Notes under the pieces: model-generated
Database searches by the model: none
Told to the model about the DNA's origin: nothing
The model's input: only the letters and a program-made list of their open reading frames with translations
Shown here: piece after piece, positions 48,363-58,287 of the stretch
Position numbering within the stretch: the stretch's first letter is position 1
Layout of the letters: the number at the start of each line of letters is the position of its first letter
Assembly: GCA_965248925.1 (NCBI GenBank)
Contig: CBDFLE010000006.1
Span: 2,048,001-2,112,000, forward strand
From: Candidatus Multivoradales bacterium
Lineage (GTDB): Bacteria > Acidobacteriota > Thermoanaerobaculia > Multivoradales > J023
Direction of reading: 5' to 3'
DNA: 64,000 nt
Translations under genes and position numbers: made by a program

Positions 48363-48875
48363 GTGAGCACCGAGAGCAACCGGATGCTGATGCAGCGGGC
48401 ACGGGAGAAGAAGCGGGCCAGGAAAATGAAGGCAGCCACCCAAACCGACACCGCAGCGAGCGACACCGCAGCGAGCGACACCGCAGCGCCAACCCTCACC
48501 GCGGCCAGCGACGACGTCGTGGCGATCATGAACGCCTGGATTCGCGAAGCACACCCCGAGGCGGCCACCAACGCCGGCTACATGACGCTGGTTAACAGCG
48601 GCACTGAAGAGCTGACCCTGACCCACCTCGATAGCCCGGCCTTCGACAAGGTCGAGCTGCATGAGATGACGATGCACAGCGGATTGATGAAGATGCGCCA
48701 GCTAGCCGAGATGGTCGTGCCGGCGGGTGGCCTGGTGCGCTTCGCGCCCGGCGGCCGGCACCTCATGCTGCACGGCCCACACCAACACCTCGAGGCAGGT
48801 CAGACAGTAGAGCTAATCTTGACTTTCCGCTGTGGTAGAAAGCAACGAGTGACGGTTAAAGTGGCCACTCCCTAG
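48363..48875 (+). CDS. Copper chaperone PCu(A)C domain (probably the C-terminus of a broken fusion gene)
   Basis: NAWIRE, AGYMTLVN, VELHEM....MKMR, FAPGGRHLML; no signal peptide; in frame with the preceding TAG. Confidence 0.78.
   Translation: MSTESNRMLMQRAREKKRARKMKAATQTDTAASDTAASDTAAPTLTAASDDVVAIMNAWIREAHPEAATNAGYMTLVNSGTEELTLTHLDSPAFDKVELHEMTMHSGLMKMRQLAEMVVPAGGLVRFAPGGRHLMLHGPHQHLEAGQTVELILTFRCGRKQRVTVKVATP
48447..48488 (+). repeat. 15-bp coding tandem repeat (DTAAS, about 3 copies)
   Basis: GACACCGCAGCGAGC twice plus a partial third copy. Confidence 0.9.
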
Positions 48876-49047
48876 CCGCGGCCAGCTCTTGGGCGACAAT
48901 CGGCCAACACCACCCTGCCTCATGACCCGTGTCATAGGGAAGGGTAGAATGCTTCGCTACGCTATTCTTGGGCTTGGTCTTTCGGCGCTCGGGTGCGACC
49001 GCGGCGAGTAAGCCTGCTCCATTCACCATTCACCAGGCGAGACCAGC

Positions 49048-51324
49048 ATGAAAGTCAGCTGCATCGGCGGTGGCCCTGGCGGCCTCTATTCGGCAATCCT
49101 GATCAAGGCGCGCTTCCCCGCGGCGGAGGTCGAGGTTTTCGAACGCCAGAAGCCGGGCGAGACCTTTGGCTTCGGCGTGGTGTTCTCCGACGCCACCCTG
49201 GACAAGCTGGCGGCGGCGGACGCCGAGACCTACGCCGACATTCGCGCCCATTTTGCCCATTGGGACGATATCGACATCCACCGTGCTGGTCTTTCCGGTG
49301 CGGCGGAGGTCTGGACCTCCACCGGCCACGGTTTCTGCGGCTTCTCCCGCCAGACCTTGCTCGACATCCTCCAGCGCCGCTGCCGCGAACTTGGCGTCAA
49401 GCTACACTTCGAGCATCAAGTCGACTCCCTGGAAGCGTTCGCCGAGGCCGATCTGATCGTCGCCGCCGATGGCATCAACAGCCCGATTCGCGAGCGCTTC
49501 AAGGAGCACTTCCAGCCCGATCTCGACCATCGTCCGAACTATTTCATCTGGCTCGGCACCACCAAGGCGCTCGATGCTTTCACCTTCTATTTTAAAGAGA
49601 ATGATGCTGGGTTGTGGCGGGTCCACGCCTATCAGTACGAGCAGAATCACGCCACATTCATCATCGAATGTACCCCTCGGACTTTCGCCCGCTGCGGCTT
49701 GGCGATCGATGATGAGAAAGCAACGATCGCCTACCTCGAACAGCTCTTCGCAGAGCAGCTCGAGGGCCACCGGCTGATTGGCAACCGTTCTTTCTGGCGT
49801 CAATTCCCCACCGTGCGCTGTGGCAAATGGTCGCACCGCAACATCGTGCTGCTCGGCGATGCTGTCCACACGGCGCATTTCTCGATCGGCTCCGGCACCA
49901 AGTTGGCGATGGAAGACTCGATCGCCCTGGTCGATGCGCTCGCCGCCGAGGCGGATATTCCCACCGCCCTCGAAGCCTACGAAGGTGCTTGGCGCCCCGA
50001 GGTCGAGAGCCTGCAACGGGCCGCTCAGGTCAGCCTCGAATGGTTCGAGAACGTGGAACGCTATTACGGCAGATTCACCGGGCTGCAATTCGCCTTCAGC
50101 CTGCTCAGCCGCTCGTTGCGAGTCAGCCACGCCAATCTGCGCCTGCGCGACCCGAGCTTCGTCGAGCGGGTCGATCGCGACTTCGCCAGCCGTGCTCACG
50201 CCGCCATCGACCTCGCACCGCCGGATGAGAATCAACCGCCACCGCCGCCGATGTTCACCCCCTTCAAATTGCGCGACCTAGTGCTTGAGAACCGGGTGGT
50301 GGTCTCGCCCATGTGCCAATACTCGGCCAGCGACGGCACCGTCGACGATTGGCACCTAGTCCATCTCGGCAGCCGGGCGGTCGGCGGCGCCGGCTTGGTG
50401 ATGACCGAGATGACCGCGATCAGCGCTAGCGCCCGCATCTCGCCGGGATGTGCCGGCCTCTACCAGGCGAGCCAGGTGGCAGCCTGGAGGCGGGTGACGG
50501 ATTTCGTCCACCAGCATTCCGCGGCCAAGATCGGCATCCAGATCGGCCACGCCGGACGCAAGGGCTCGACCCAAGTCCCATGGCAGCAGGCCGACGCACC
50601 GCTGGCGGAGGGCAATTGGCCCTTGCTGGCGCCGTCGGCGATCGCCTACCGCGAGCCCAATCAAGTGCCGCGCGAAATGACCCGCCAAGATCTGGACGCG
50701 GTGCTCGCCGACCACGTGCAGGCCACCGAGCTGGCCGTGGAAGCGGATTTCGACATCCTCGAGCTGCACATGGCTCACGGCTACTTGCTGTCGAGCTTCC
50801 TGTCGCCGCTGACCAACCTGCGCCGTGACGAATTTGGTGGTTCGATCGAGCAACGCATGAAGTACCCGCTCGAGGTCTTCGCGGCAGTGCGCCGGGCCTG
50901 GCCCGAGGACAAACCGATCTCGGTGCGAATCTCGGCCACCGATTGGCTCGCTGGGGGACAATCGGCCGCCGACTCAGTGGCGGTGGCCCGCGCTCTGCAC
51001 CTGGCCGGCTGCGACCTAGTCGACGTCTCCACCGGCCAGGTGGTCGCCGAGCAAGAGCCCGACTATGGGCGCCTCTACCAGACTCCATACGCCGAGCAGA
51101 TCCGCCTCGAAGTCGGCATCCCGACCCTGGCGGTGGGCAATATCTCTACCGCCGAGGATGCCAACTCAGTGCTCGCCGGTGGCCGGGCCGACCTGATAGC
51201 CATCGCCCGCGCCCATCTCTGGGATCCCTACTGGACACGCCATGCCGCCCACCGCGAAAAGCAGGCGCTGGCCTGGCCGGATCCCTACGCCACGATGAAT
51301 CAATACACCCCCCGCAAACCGTGA
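49048..51324 (+). CDS. Bifunctional anthraniloyl-CoA monooxygenase / salicylyl-CoA 5-hydroxylase-oxidoreductase
   Basis: [39 protein letters not shown], then an old-yellow-enzyme domain ([28 protein letters not shown]). Confidence 0.92.
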   Translation: MKVSCIGGGPGGLYSAILIKARFPAAEVEVFERQKPGETFGFGVVFSDATLDKLAAADAETYADIRAHFAHWDDIDIHRAGLSGAAEVWTSTGHGFCGFSRQTLLDILQRRCRELGVKLHFEHQVDSLEAFAEADLIVAADGINSPIRERFKEHFQPDLDHRPNYFIWLGTTKALDAFTFYFKENDAGLWRVHAYQYEQNHATFIIECTPRTFARCGLAIDDEKATIAYLEQLFAEQLEGHRLIGNRSFWRQFPTVRCGKWSHRNIVLLGDAVHTAHFSIGSGTKLAMEDSIALVDALAAEADIPTALEAYEGAWRPEVESLQRAAQVSLEWFENVERYYGRFTGLQFAFSLLSRSLRVSHANLRLRDPSFVERVDRDFASRAHAAIDLAPPDENQPPPPPMFTPFKLRDLVLENRVVVSPMCQYSASDGTVDDWHLVHLGSRAVGGAGLVMTEMTAISASARISPGCAGLYQASQVAAWRRVTDFVHQHSAAKIGIQIGHAGRKGSTQVPWQQADAPLAEGNWPLLAPSAIAYREPNQVPREMTRQDLDAVLADHVQATELAVEADFDILELHMAHGYLLSSFLSPLTNLRRDEFGGSIEQRMKYPLEVFAAVRRAWPEDKPISVRISATDWLAGGQSAADSVAVARALHLAGCDLVDVSTGQVVAEQEPDYGRLYQTPYAEQIRLEVGIPTLAVGNISTAEDANSVLAGGRADLIAIARAHLWDPYWTRHAAHREKQALAWPDPYATMNQYTPRKP

Positions 51325-51358
51325 AACAGGCGGGCGAACCGATGACGAGGTATGGCTG

Positions 51359-52477
51359 ATGAGCGACGGACCAGTTTCCTACTGGGACTACATCAAGACG
51401 GAAGAATTGCTCGCGCTACAGGGTGGAGTTGACGAGCAGGAATCCGGCCTGGTGAATGACGAGGTCATGTTCATCGTCATTCACCAGATCCAGGAGCTGT
51501 GGTTCAAGCTGGCCTTGCGCGAGGTGGTCGCGGCCCGCGATCTCTTCGCTCAAGACCATGTGCCCGAGACCGCCCTGGCGGCGGCGGTGCGCGGCATCGA
51601 TCGTACCGCCGAGACCTTGCAGCACGCGGCGAGTCACTTCTCTTTGATGGAGACCATGACCACCCGCGACTACCTCTCCTTCCGCGACCGGCTCTATCCC
51701 GCCAGTGGATTCCAATCCTCCCAGCTGCGCGAGCTAGAGATCTTGCTCGGCCTGAAGACCGAGCAGCGGATCCCCCTGGGCCATGAGTCCTACCTCGACG
51801 CTCTCAAACACCACGACGGCTCCGAATCGCCCGCCTTCCAGCGGGTCATCGCTCGCCTCGAAGACCTACCGACCCTGCACGACGCCGTCGAAGGCTGGGC
51901 CTACCGCACTCCCATCGCCGGCTCTCGCCCCGAGGACCCAGGTGATGGACAGGTGGTGAGTGATTTCATCGAGCGCTACTGCGCGGCTGCTGAACAAGAG
52001 ACCTTAGCCCTCGGCGAGCGCGCCGTTTCCTTCGCCCTGACCGCGGCGGATCAGAATCGCTTGCGCGACCGCTACCAGCGCGAAGCCAGCAGCATCCGTG
52101 TTCATCTGATGGCTGAGGAGATCGAGCCCGCCGAACGCCTGCGAATCCGCCGCGTCCGGGCAGCCCTGCTGTTCATCGAAAGCTACCGCGAACTGCCCCT
52201 GCTGGCCTGGCCAAGGGCGGTGCTCGACTCGATAGTCGCCCTCGAACAGTCCTTCCTCATCTTCCGCCAGCGCCACGCCCGCATGGTCGAGCGGGTGATC
52301 GGCAACCGCACTGGCACCGGCGGCTCCGCCGGTGTTGCCTACCTCGACCGCACCGCCCTCGAATACCGCATCTTCCGCGACCTCTGGGCCACTCGCACCC
52401 TAATGATCCGCAAGGCGGCCCTACCGCCAATCGAGGGGGTTACCGGCTACGGATTTGAAGACCCGCAGAGCAAGTGA
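51359..52477 (+). CDS. kynA: Tryptophan 2,3-dioxygenase
   Basis: YWDYI, FIVIHQIQELWFK, FRDRL.PASGFQS.Q.RELE, RHARMVERVIG..TGTGGSAG..YL. Confidence 0.9.
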   Translation: MSDGPVSYWDYIKTEELLALQGGVDEQESGLVNDEVMFIVIHQIQELWFKLALREVVAARDLFAQDHVPETALAAAVRGIDRTAETLQHAASHFSLMETMTTRDYLSFRDRLYPASGFQSSQLRELEILLGLKTEQRIPLGHESYLDALKHHDGSESPAFQRVIARLEDLPTLHDAVEGWAYRTPIAGSRPEDPGDGQVVSDFIERYCAAAEQETLALGERAVSFALTAADQNRLRDRYQREASSIRVHLMAEEIEPAERLRIRRVRAALLFIESYRELPLLAWPRAVLDSIVALEQSFLIFRQRHARMVERVIGNRTGTGGSAGVAYLDRTALEYRIFRDLWATRTLMIRKAALPPIEGVTGYGFEDPQSK

Positions 52478-52531
52478 CGCCCCTCGGCCAGCGACGAGCG
52501 GCCCCTGATTTTCGGCACTGACAGTTACCCA

Positions 52532-52578
52532 TGATGTCACTTCAGCGACTTGACGTCACCCAGTGACTGACATAGGCT
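52532..52578 (+). promoter_or_regulatory. Sigma70-like promoter with overlapping palindromic operators
   Basis: TTGACG (52550-55), 17-nt spacer, TAGGCT (52573-78); TGATGTCA at 52532 and TGACGTCA at 52551. Confidence 0.55.
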
Positions 52579-52587
52579 GGTTGAATC

Positions 52588-52932
52588 ATGAGCGAAATTG
52601 AACCACGGCGCCCGGCCTTCACCCTTCGTTTTCACAATGAGGCCACCCATCGGACGCTGCGTTTAACGGCCCACACCCTCGGCGTTTCGATGAATGAGCT
52701 GGCCGAAGCAGCGATCGAGCGCGAGTTACTATTCCTCGGTGCCGATCTCGAGAAAAAGCTGAAGCGCACTGCCGATCTTCTCCGCTCCTACCGAGACGAT
52801 GAGGTCGAGTCGGATATCCAGGCCTTCGCCAAGGCGGAAATCACCGAGGATGACCCCTTGCAATCGCGCCAAGCAACCCTCGAAGATTGCTACGGCATAG
52901 GGGCCTTCTTTGCCCGTTCCCTGGAACGATGA
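52588..52932 (+). CDS. Ribbon-helix-helix-like putative antitoxin/regulator
   Basis: FTLRF...THRTLRLTAHTLGVSMNELAEAAIE fits Arc/HicB-type RHH; acidic C-terminus; overlaps the Fic gene. Confidence 0.6.
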   Translation: MSEIEPRRPAFTLRFHNEATHRTLRLTAHTLGVSMNELAEAAIERELLFLGADLEKKLKRTADLLRSYRDDEVESDIQAFAKAEITEDDPLQSRQATLEDCYGIGAFFARSLER

Positions 52933-53551
52933 CGACCCCGCTGCTCTGAAGGTCATCACCGAGAACCTGCGCGCCATTCTCCGCCAGATCGTCCTTCAGG
53001 CTCGCCACCGCAAGCCACCCAGTGTGACTATGGCGAAGCATTGGCATCGTCAGATCTATCAGGGTGTTCAACTTCCAGTTCCCTACTACCGTGGGGAGAT
53101 CCGGAACAGCGATCCAGCCTTGCCCGAGCTATACGGCTACGAAGTCGCTATTGGCACCCGCCCGGGTGTGCCATCTCGCGATGTACCAGCACAGTTGGAG
53201 AACTTCGAAGGCTTCATGGTGCAGGCCGTCGAGAGGCTCGATCGCGGCATCCGATCTGGCGAGAAGCCCGACGGCCCGGGTGAGATTCACTCCGTGCTCA
53301 CCCTCTGTGCAATTGCCCATGGAGAGTGGGTCCGGATCCACCCTTTCGCCAATGGTAACGGCCGAACAGCCCGTTTGTGGGCCAACTGGTGCGCTCTTCG
53401 CTATGGTCTGCCGCCTTTCATTCGCTTGCGGCCACGGCCAGCTGGCGATGCCTATGGCCAGGCGGCGATAGACTCGATGCGCGGTGACCATCGGGCGATG
53501 GTTACTATATTCCTGGATCTGCTGATGTATCGCCTGGCGGCCGGAGATTGA
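52910..53551 (+). CDS. Fic/DOC family protein
   Basis: Canonical HPFANGNGRTAR motif. Confidence 0.9.
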   Translation: MPVPWNDDDPAALKVITENLRAILRQIVLQARHRKPPSVTMAKHWHRQIYQGVQLPVPYYRGEIRNSDPALPELYGYEVAIGTRPGVPSRDVPAQLENFEGFMVQAVERLDRGIRSGEKPDGPGEIHSVLTLCAIAHGEWVRIHPFANGNGRTARLWANWCALRYGLPPFIRLRPRPAGDAYGQAAIDSMRGDHRAMVTIFLDLLMYRLAAGD

Positions 53552-53601
53552 GGACAAGTCAGCCGTCTTCAAAGACGAAAGTAGGACTTCCAGCTCCCCA
53601 A

Positions 53602-54257
53602 CTAGCGACGGCGCCAACCACGGAATCGTCGCCGACCACCGACGACCAGGACCCCAAGCAGCGTGGCTAGGGAAATTCCATAGCCCAGCTTCATCGCCCA
53701 GGTCCGTCGGTAGCGGAGAATCATCTCTCCATTGCCAACACCGATCATCGAACCCAGAGCATCGTAGAGCGGTAGCCGCTCACCCCAGTCTCCCTCCTGA
53801 ACCAGCTCGAACCCCGGAAAGTAGCTCAGCTTGATGCGGAACAACACCGGTTCTTCGGCCGCGACCCGCAACGCGTAGGTGGCCTTACCGATCTTGCGAA
53901 AAGAAACCTGCACCGTGTCTGGGGCAGGATCAAACTCCTGCCGTGGGCGCTGATCCACCTCATCCCGCAACCGCTCGTAGCTGTCCTCGAGCAAGAAGAT
54001 CTCAGGACTCGTGACATCCCCGTGGCAGGCTTCGAGAACCGCTGTCATCGGACGGACAAAGAATTCACGCTCCTCTTCTTCGATCGACCGCAGGTCCGAC
54101 AATGCCAGGGTCTCGATAGTCCGGTTGCTCATCGTCCGACCACCACCTGGGCGAGGACTAAGGACATAAAGATCGTACACCCGCCCCGCTACCGATCCGC
54201 TCGCTTGCCGAGTGAGGTCGAAGGCCGGGGTCCCACCCCCCAGCAGCTCATCGAAAC
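53602..54257 (-). pseudogene. C-terminal fragment of a membrane-anchored protein (YfhO-like tail), truncated by the IS
   Basis: Frame is open right up to the IS end at 54257; KLSYFPGF and a terminal TM helix with a basic tail. Confidence 0.55.
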
Positions 54258-55368
54258 GGCGCTACGACACTTTGAGTGGGTAGCGTTCACCGCCCGAGGC
54301 ATTCCGAGTAGAGATCAAGACCCCCGAGATGGAAGTAGATCGCGTTACGAAAGCGCTCCCGGTTACGGAATCCCCTGGCCGTGTACTTGACCCACTGGAT
54401 CTTCGCATTGATACCTTCGGAACGAGCAATCGTGACGTATTGGACAATGGCGGTGAGGATACCCTCCAGGTGGCGTTTTACCATCCTGGCAACCTTCTTG
54501 ATGGGTTCAAGCTGGGAGCGGATCGCCCAGGCGTACCTCTTGTTCCAGGCTTTGCGAGCATTGCCTCGGTAAGTGTAGTGCCACAGACTCATTGCGAGTT
54601 CTTTGATCGCCCATGCGCGGGCGGTCTTGAGGCTGCTTTCGCGCAGCTCCTCGAATCCCGCCCAGCGCTCAGCGCTCATGTTTCCAGGGTTCTGGAGCCA
54701 GAGGTACTTGCTGCCCTTCAGGAACTCATCACCTTGGCTGATGAGAATCTTGTTCTCCTGTCGGCGGATCTTGTCCACCGCCTTGGACAGGTGCTGGGCC
54801 ACATGGAACTTGTCGAAGGCGATCTTTGTCTCGGCCCCAGGAATGTACTGCTCGGTCGAGCCGATGTACGCTGGCCACATGTCCATCGAGACGGACTCGA
54901 CGGCCTCTCTGTCCTCTTCGTCGAATGCTTTGTAGAAGTCGTCGAGGCAGTCTCGGCCCCGACCGTCGGCCACATGAATGACGACACCTTGCTGCTGGTC
55001 ACAGACCACGGTCACGTACTCATGGCGCTTCTGGAAGGAGGTCTCATCCACACCGAGACGCTGAGGGAGTTTGCGCTCTCGCCGAGCCAGACCTCTGGCT
55101 ACTGCTCGGGGGTACTGGCAGGTATCCAGATGCCGCCAGCGACGGGAGCGGGTGTCGTCGCCGCTGCACGGCTTGCCGCATTCAGGACAGGGTGGGCGCT
55201 TCTCGCCGTTGATCAGATGCACCAAGACTTCACCCTCTTCCAAGGCCAGGTCTACTTCAGTGACACGCCACGGCGATTCGATGCCCAGGATCTTCGCGTA
55301 CAGGTCTTTGTCTCGCATCCAGACAGCCTTTCCGCTGGTCCATGGCCCACACAAGATACGGTAGAGCC
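54258..55368 (-). mobile_element. ISL3-family insertion sequence, internally deleted
   Basis: Imperfect 23-bp terminal inverted repeats: GGCGCTACGACACTTTGAGTGGG (54258-80) and CCCACACAAGATACGGTAGAGCC (55346-68), 16/23 match; no target duplication seen. Confidence 0.8.
54287..55318 (-). pseudogene. ISL3 family transposase with in-frame internal deletion
   Basis: CPECG..RRWRHLD zinc-finger half joined directly to RAVARGLARR; LGVDETS, SMDMW, FDKFHV, SEGINAKI, ARGFRN. Confidence 0.85.
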
Positions 55369-55440
55369 AAATCATCAAGCCACATTGGCCAACAGGGAAA
55401 ACACTGCTAAAGAGAAGAGATCACTGCAAAGTATTGACCA

Positions 55441-56590
55441 CTAGACTGTGTTGCTGGCCGCGACTCGCAAATCCTGGTCGCGGGCTTCGGTTCCGTTGAC
55501 CACCATGGCGATCAGGATCCAGCAACAGCAGGCAAGGGATGCTACCAGCTGGGTGTAGTCGAATAGCGATTGCACCCAAGTTGCTAGCAGAGCCAAATAA
55601 GCGCCCGCCAGGAGCGAACGACGCAGCAACAACACTCGACCGTGATGCAGCACCCGGAAAAACACCATCAGCAGCAAGCCGGTGGCCGCCAATCCCTGTT
55701 CCGCGGCAACTTGCAGCATCATGTTATGAGCATGCTCGTGGGGCTCGCGGGGAACTATCCAGTCCGGGTAGTAGAGATGCAGGTCGCGAAAGAAGCTACC
55801 GAGGCCGATACCGGTAACCGGCTCGGCAGGTTTGCCGGCGACGGCCGCGACCCAGACCAGCGGTTGGCCGAAGAGCAAAAACCCGGCGAGCACATTGGAT
55901 CCGGTAAACAGTCCAACGGCCCGTTCGACACTATAGATAGCCTCGGTTCCACCGCGCAAGAAGGATGCAATTCCCGCGACCGCCGCCAAACCCAGGGAAC
56001 AGACCATCGCCAAGACGGCCCATTCTGCCCCTCGACCCCGCAGCCGATGGCGGGCAAAAGCATAGCAGAGCAGGGCTTCGAGCCAAGTCAACAAGGGTCG
56101 TAAGCCCTCCTCTCGCAGCGGCCCTAGCCAACAAAACGACACCTGGCCACCGTTGAAAAAAAAGGTCTGGTGGCCAATGCCACGGGCCATTCCAGGGACG
56201 CAGGATAAGCGCCGAAACACAGCTGGCCACGGTCAGACCAAACAACACCAACAATAGGCGGTCTTCGACACTCCACCGCCAGCCCGGCTCCTGGTGCCAA
56301 AACTGCCGGGCGAGCCAGATGAGCAAAAGCAGCAGTAAGAACGCTTCGAAAACCGGCGCCGATACATATAACGACGAACGGCGAAAGGGCAGAACCAGCA
56401 GTGGCAGAACCGCCAGCAAGCCAACGAAGGCCCGCGTTTCGTCGATCAACACCCGGCCCAAGAACCCGACGAGGGCGATCCCCAGCCACCCGTTGATCCT
56501 CGGCGCCAGCAGCGACCAGAGGGCCAGAGCACAGAATACCCACGCCAAGCCCCAGCCCAGCCTCTCAAAGAAATTGCGAAATCTACTCAC
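55441..56590 (-). pseudogene. O-antigen ligase (Wzy_C/WaaL-like) membrane protein, frameshifted and shortened
   Basis: Hydrophobic N-terminal half in one frame; RAVGLF..SN.LAG, PVTGIGLGSF and HAHNMMLQVAAEQGL in another. Confidence 0.7.
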
Positions 56591-56737
56591 CTGCCTTCCA
56601 AGCGGAGTGGAGTCTTCAACGGTTAGCGATCCAGCCGATAAACTAGGCAGCAGCTCGACCGCCCGTGACCATCGACAGTGGCATGACGACGGTCATACAG
56701 CCCGCAGCAACTCCTGGTTATTCTCGGAGATCCTGAC

Positions 56738-58171
56738 ATGACAGATGGCGCCCCACTCCTCGAGCGGCTATTCACCCTCGATTTCTCCGAACAGTCCTAT
56801 CCCATCGAGAGAATCGACGGTCAGGTGCCGGACTTCGTCCGCGGCACTTACTACGTCAACGGCCCAGCCCGCTTCGGCCGTGGTGAGCTGCGCTACCGCC
56901 ACTGGCTCGATGGCGACGGCATGGTGGCGGCGCTGGCCTTCAGCGAGGGCGGCGTGCGCTTCACCAATCGCTTCGTCCGTGGTACCAAGCTAGTGCAAGA
57001 AGAGGAGGCTGGACGAGCGCTCTACCGGACCTTCGGCACCGCTTTCACCGGCGACCGGCTCAAGCACGGTGTCGGTATCGAATCGCCACTCAACGTCAGC
57101 ATCTGGAAATTCGCCGGCAAGCTGCTAGCCTTCGGCGAACAGGGGCTGCCGTACGAGATCGATCCCGTCACTCTCGAGACCCTTGGCGAGTACACCTTCG
57201 GCGGACGGCTCAACGGCATCAGCCCATTCTCCGCCCATCCCTGCTTTGACGATTCGAGCGGCGAGATGTTCAATTTCGGCATCTCCTTCTCGGCCATGCA
57301 CCCGCTGATCAACCTCTACCGCTTTGCCGCCGACGGCCAGATGATCTACCGACGGCGGCTGCCCATCCCCTATCCCTGCTCGGTCCACGACTTCTGCCTC
57401 AGCCCTCGCTACGCGGTGGTCTACCTGAGTCCACATCTGCTCGACATGGAAGCCATCAGGGACGACGGCAAGACCATCATGGAAGCTCTCGACTGGCAGC
57501 CCGAGCGCGGTAGCCAGCTGCTCATAGCCAGCCGCGAAACCGGCGAGACGGTCGCCTCGGTCGAACTCGGCTCGCGTTACTGCCTGCACCTGATCAACAG
57601 CTTCGAAGAAGGCGGGCGACTGACCGTCGACGTGGTCGAACTCGACCGGCCGGTCTACGATCAATACCAAGTGATCCCCAACCTCTTCACCGACCTCCTG
57701 GCCGGGCGACCGGTGCGTTACGTCATCGACCCAGCAACTTGGAAAGTCCTGGAGACTCGCGAACTCAAATACGACCGCGAGCCCGACTTCCCGGCCATCG
57801 ACCCCCGCCACTGGGCCCAGCCCTACGACCACTTCTGGATGCTCGGCATGTCCAAAGCCGGCCAGCGGGGACGCAAGTTCTTCGACCAATTGGTGCATCT
57901 CAGCTGGTCCCAAGAGAGCACTAGCGATATCTACCAGGCCCCTGCCGGCCACTACCTTGGATGCGAACCGATCTTCATTGCTGATCCTGAAGATCCCACT
58001 GGTGGCCTGGTGATCTGCAAGCAGTTCGACGCCGAGAGGCTGCGGGATGCCTTCCTGCTCTTCGATGCCCACAACGTCGCCGCTGGCCCGGTGGCGACCC
58101 TGCACCTCAAGGAACCGACCCCGCCGGGGTTTCATGCTTTATTTCACCCGGCAGGGGCGAGTGATGGGTAG
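56738..58171 (+). CDS. Carotenoid cleavage oxygenase (RPE65/lignostilbene dioxygenase) family protein
   Basis: GTYYVNGP, HWLDGDGM, four Fe-ligand His motifs (SAHP, VHDF, LHLINSFE, GFHA), EPIF. Confidence 0.9.
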   Translation: MTDGAPLLERLFTLDFSEQSYPIERIDGQVPDFVRGTYYVNGPARFGRGELRYRHWLDGDGMVAALAFSEGGVRFTNRFVRGTKLVQEEEAGRALYRTFGTAFTGDRLKHGVGIESPLNVSIWKFAGKLLAFGEQGLPYEIDPVTLETLGEYTFGGRLNGISPFSAHPCFDDSSGEMFNFGISFSAMHPLINLYRFAADGQMIYRRRLPIPYPCSVHDFCLSPRYAVVYLSPHLLDMEAIRDDGKTIMEALDWQPERGSQLLIASRETGETVASVELGSRYCLHLINSFEEGGRLTVDVVELDRPVYDQYQVIPNLFTDLLAGRPVRYVIDPATWKVLETRELKYDREPDFPAIDPRHWAQPYDHFWMLGMSKAGQRGRKFFDQLVHLSWSQESTSDIYQAPAGHYLGCEPIFIADPEDPTGGLVICKQFDAERLRDAFLLFDAHNVAAGPVATLHLKEPTPPGFHALFHPAGASDG

Positions 58172-58287
58172 AGGCGATCTTGATAAATTGCCATCAAAAG
58201 TTTAAGGAGACTTTAGGCTAGCTCACAGTGCTAGCGCTCAAGTTCAGCCACTTGCCAAGGACAGGTTCCGTTACCGACTCATGCCGA

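Noticed and set aside
54329-55444. Long antisense ORFs (e.g. 54329-55444, 15446-16417, 57125-58135, 62224-63483)
   Set aside because: Shadow frames of well-supported genes on the opposite strand, expected in high-GC DNA.
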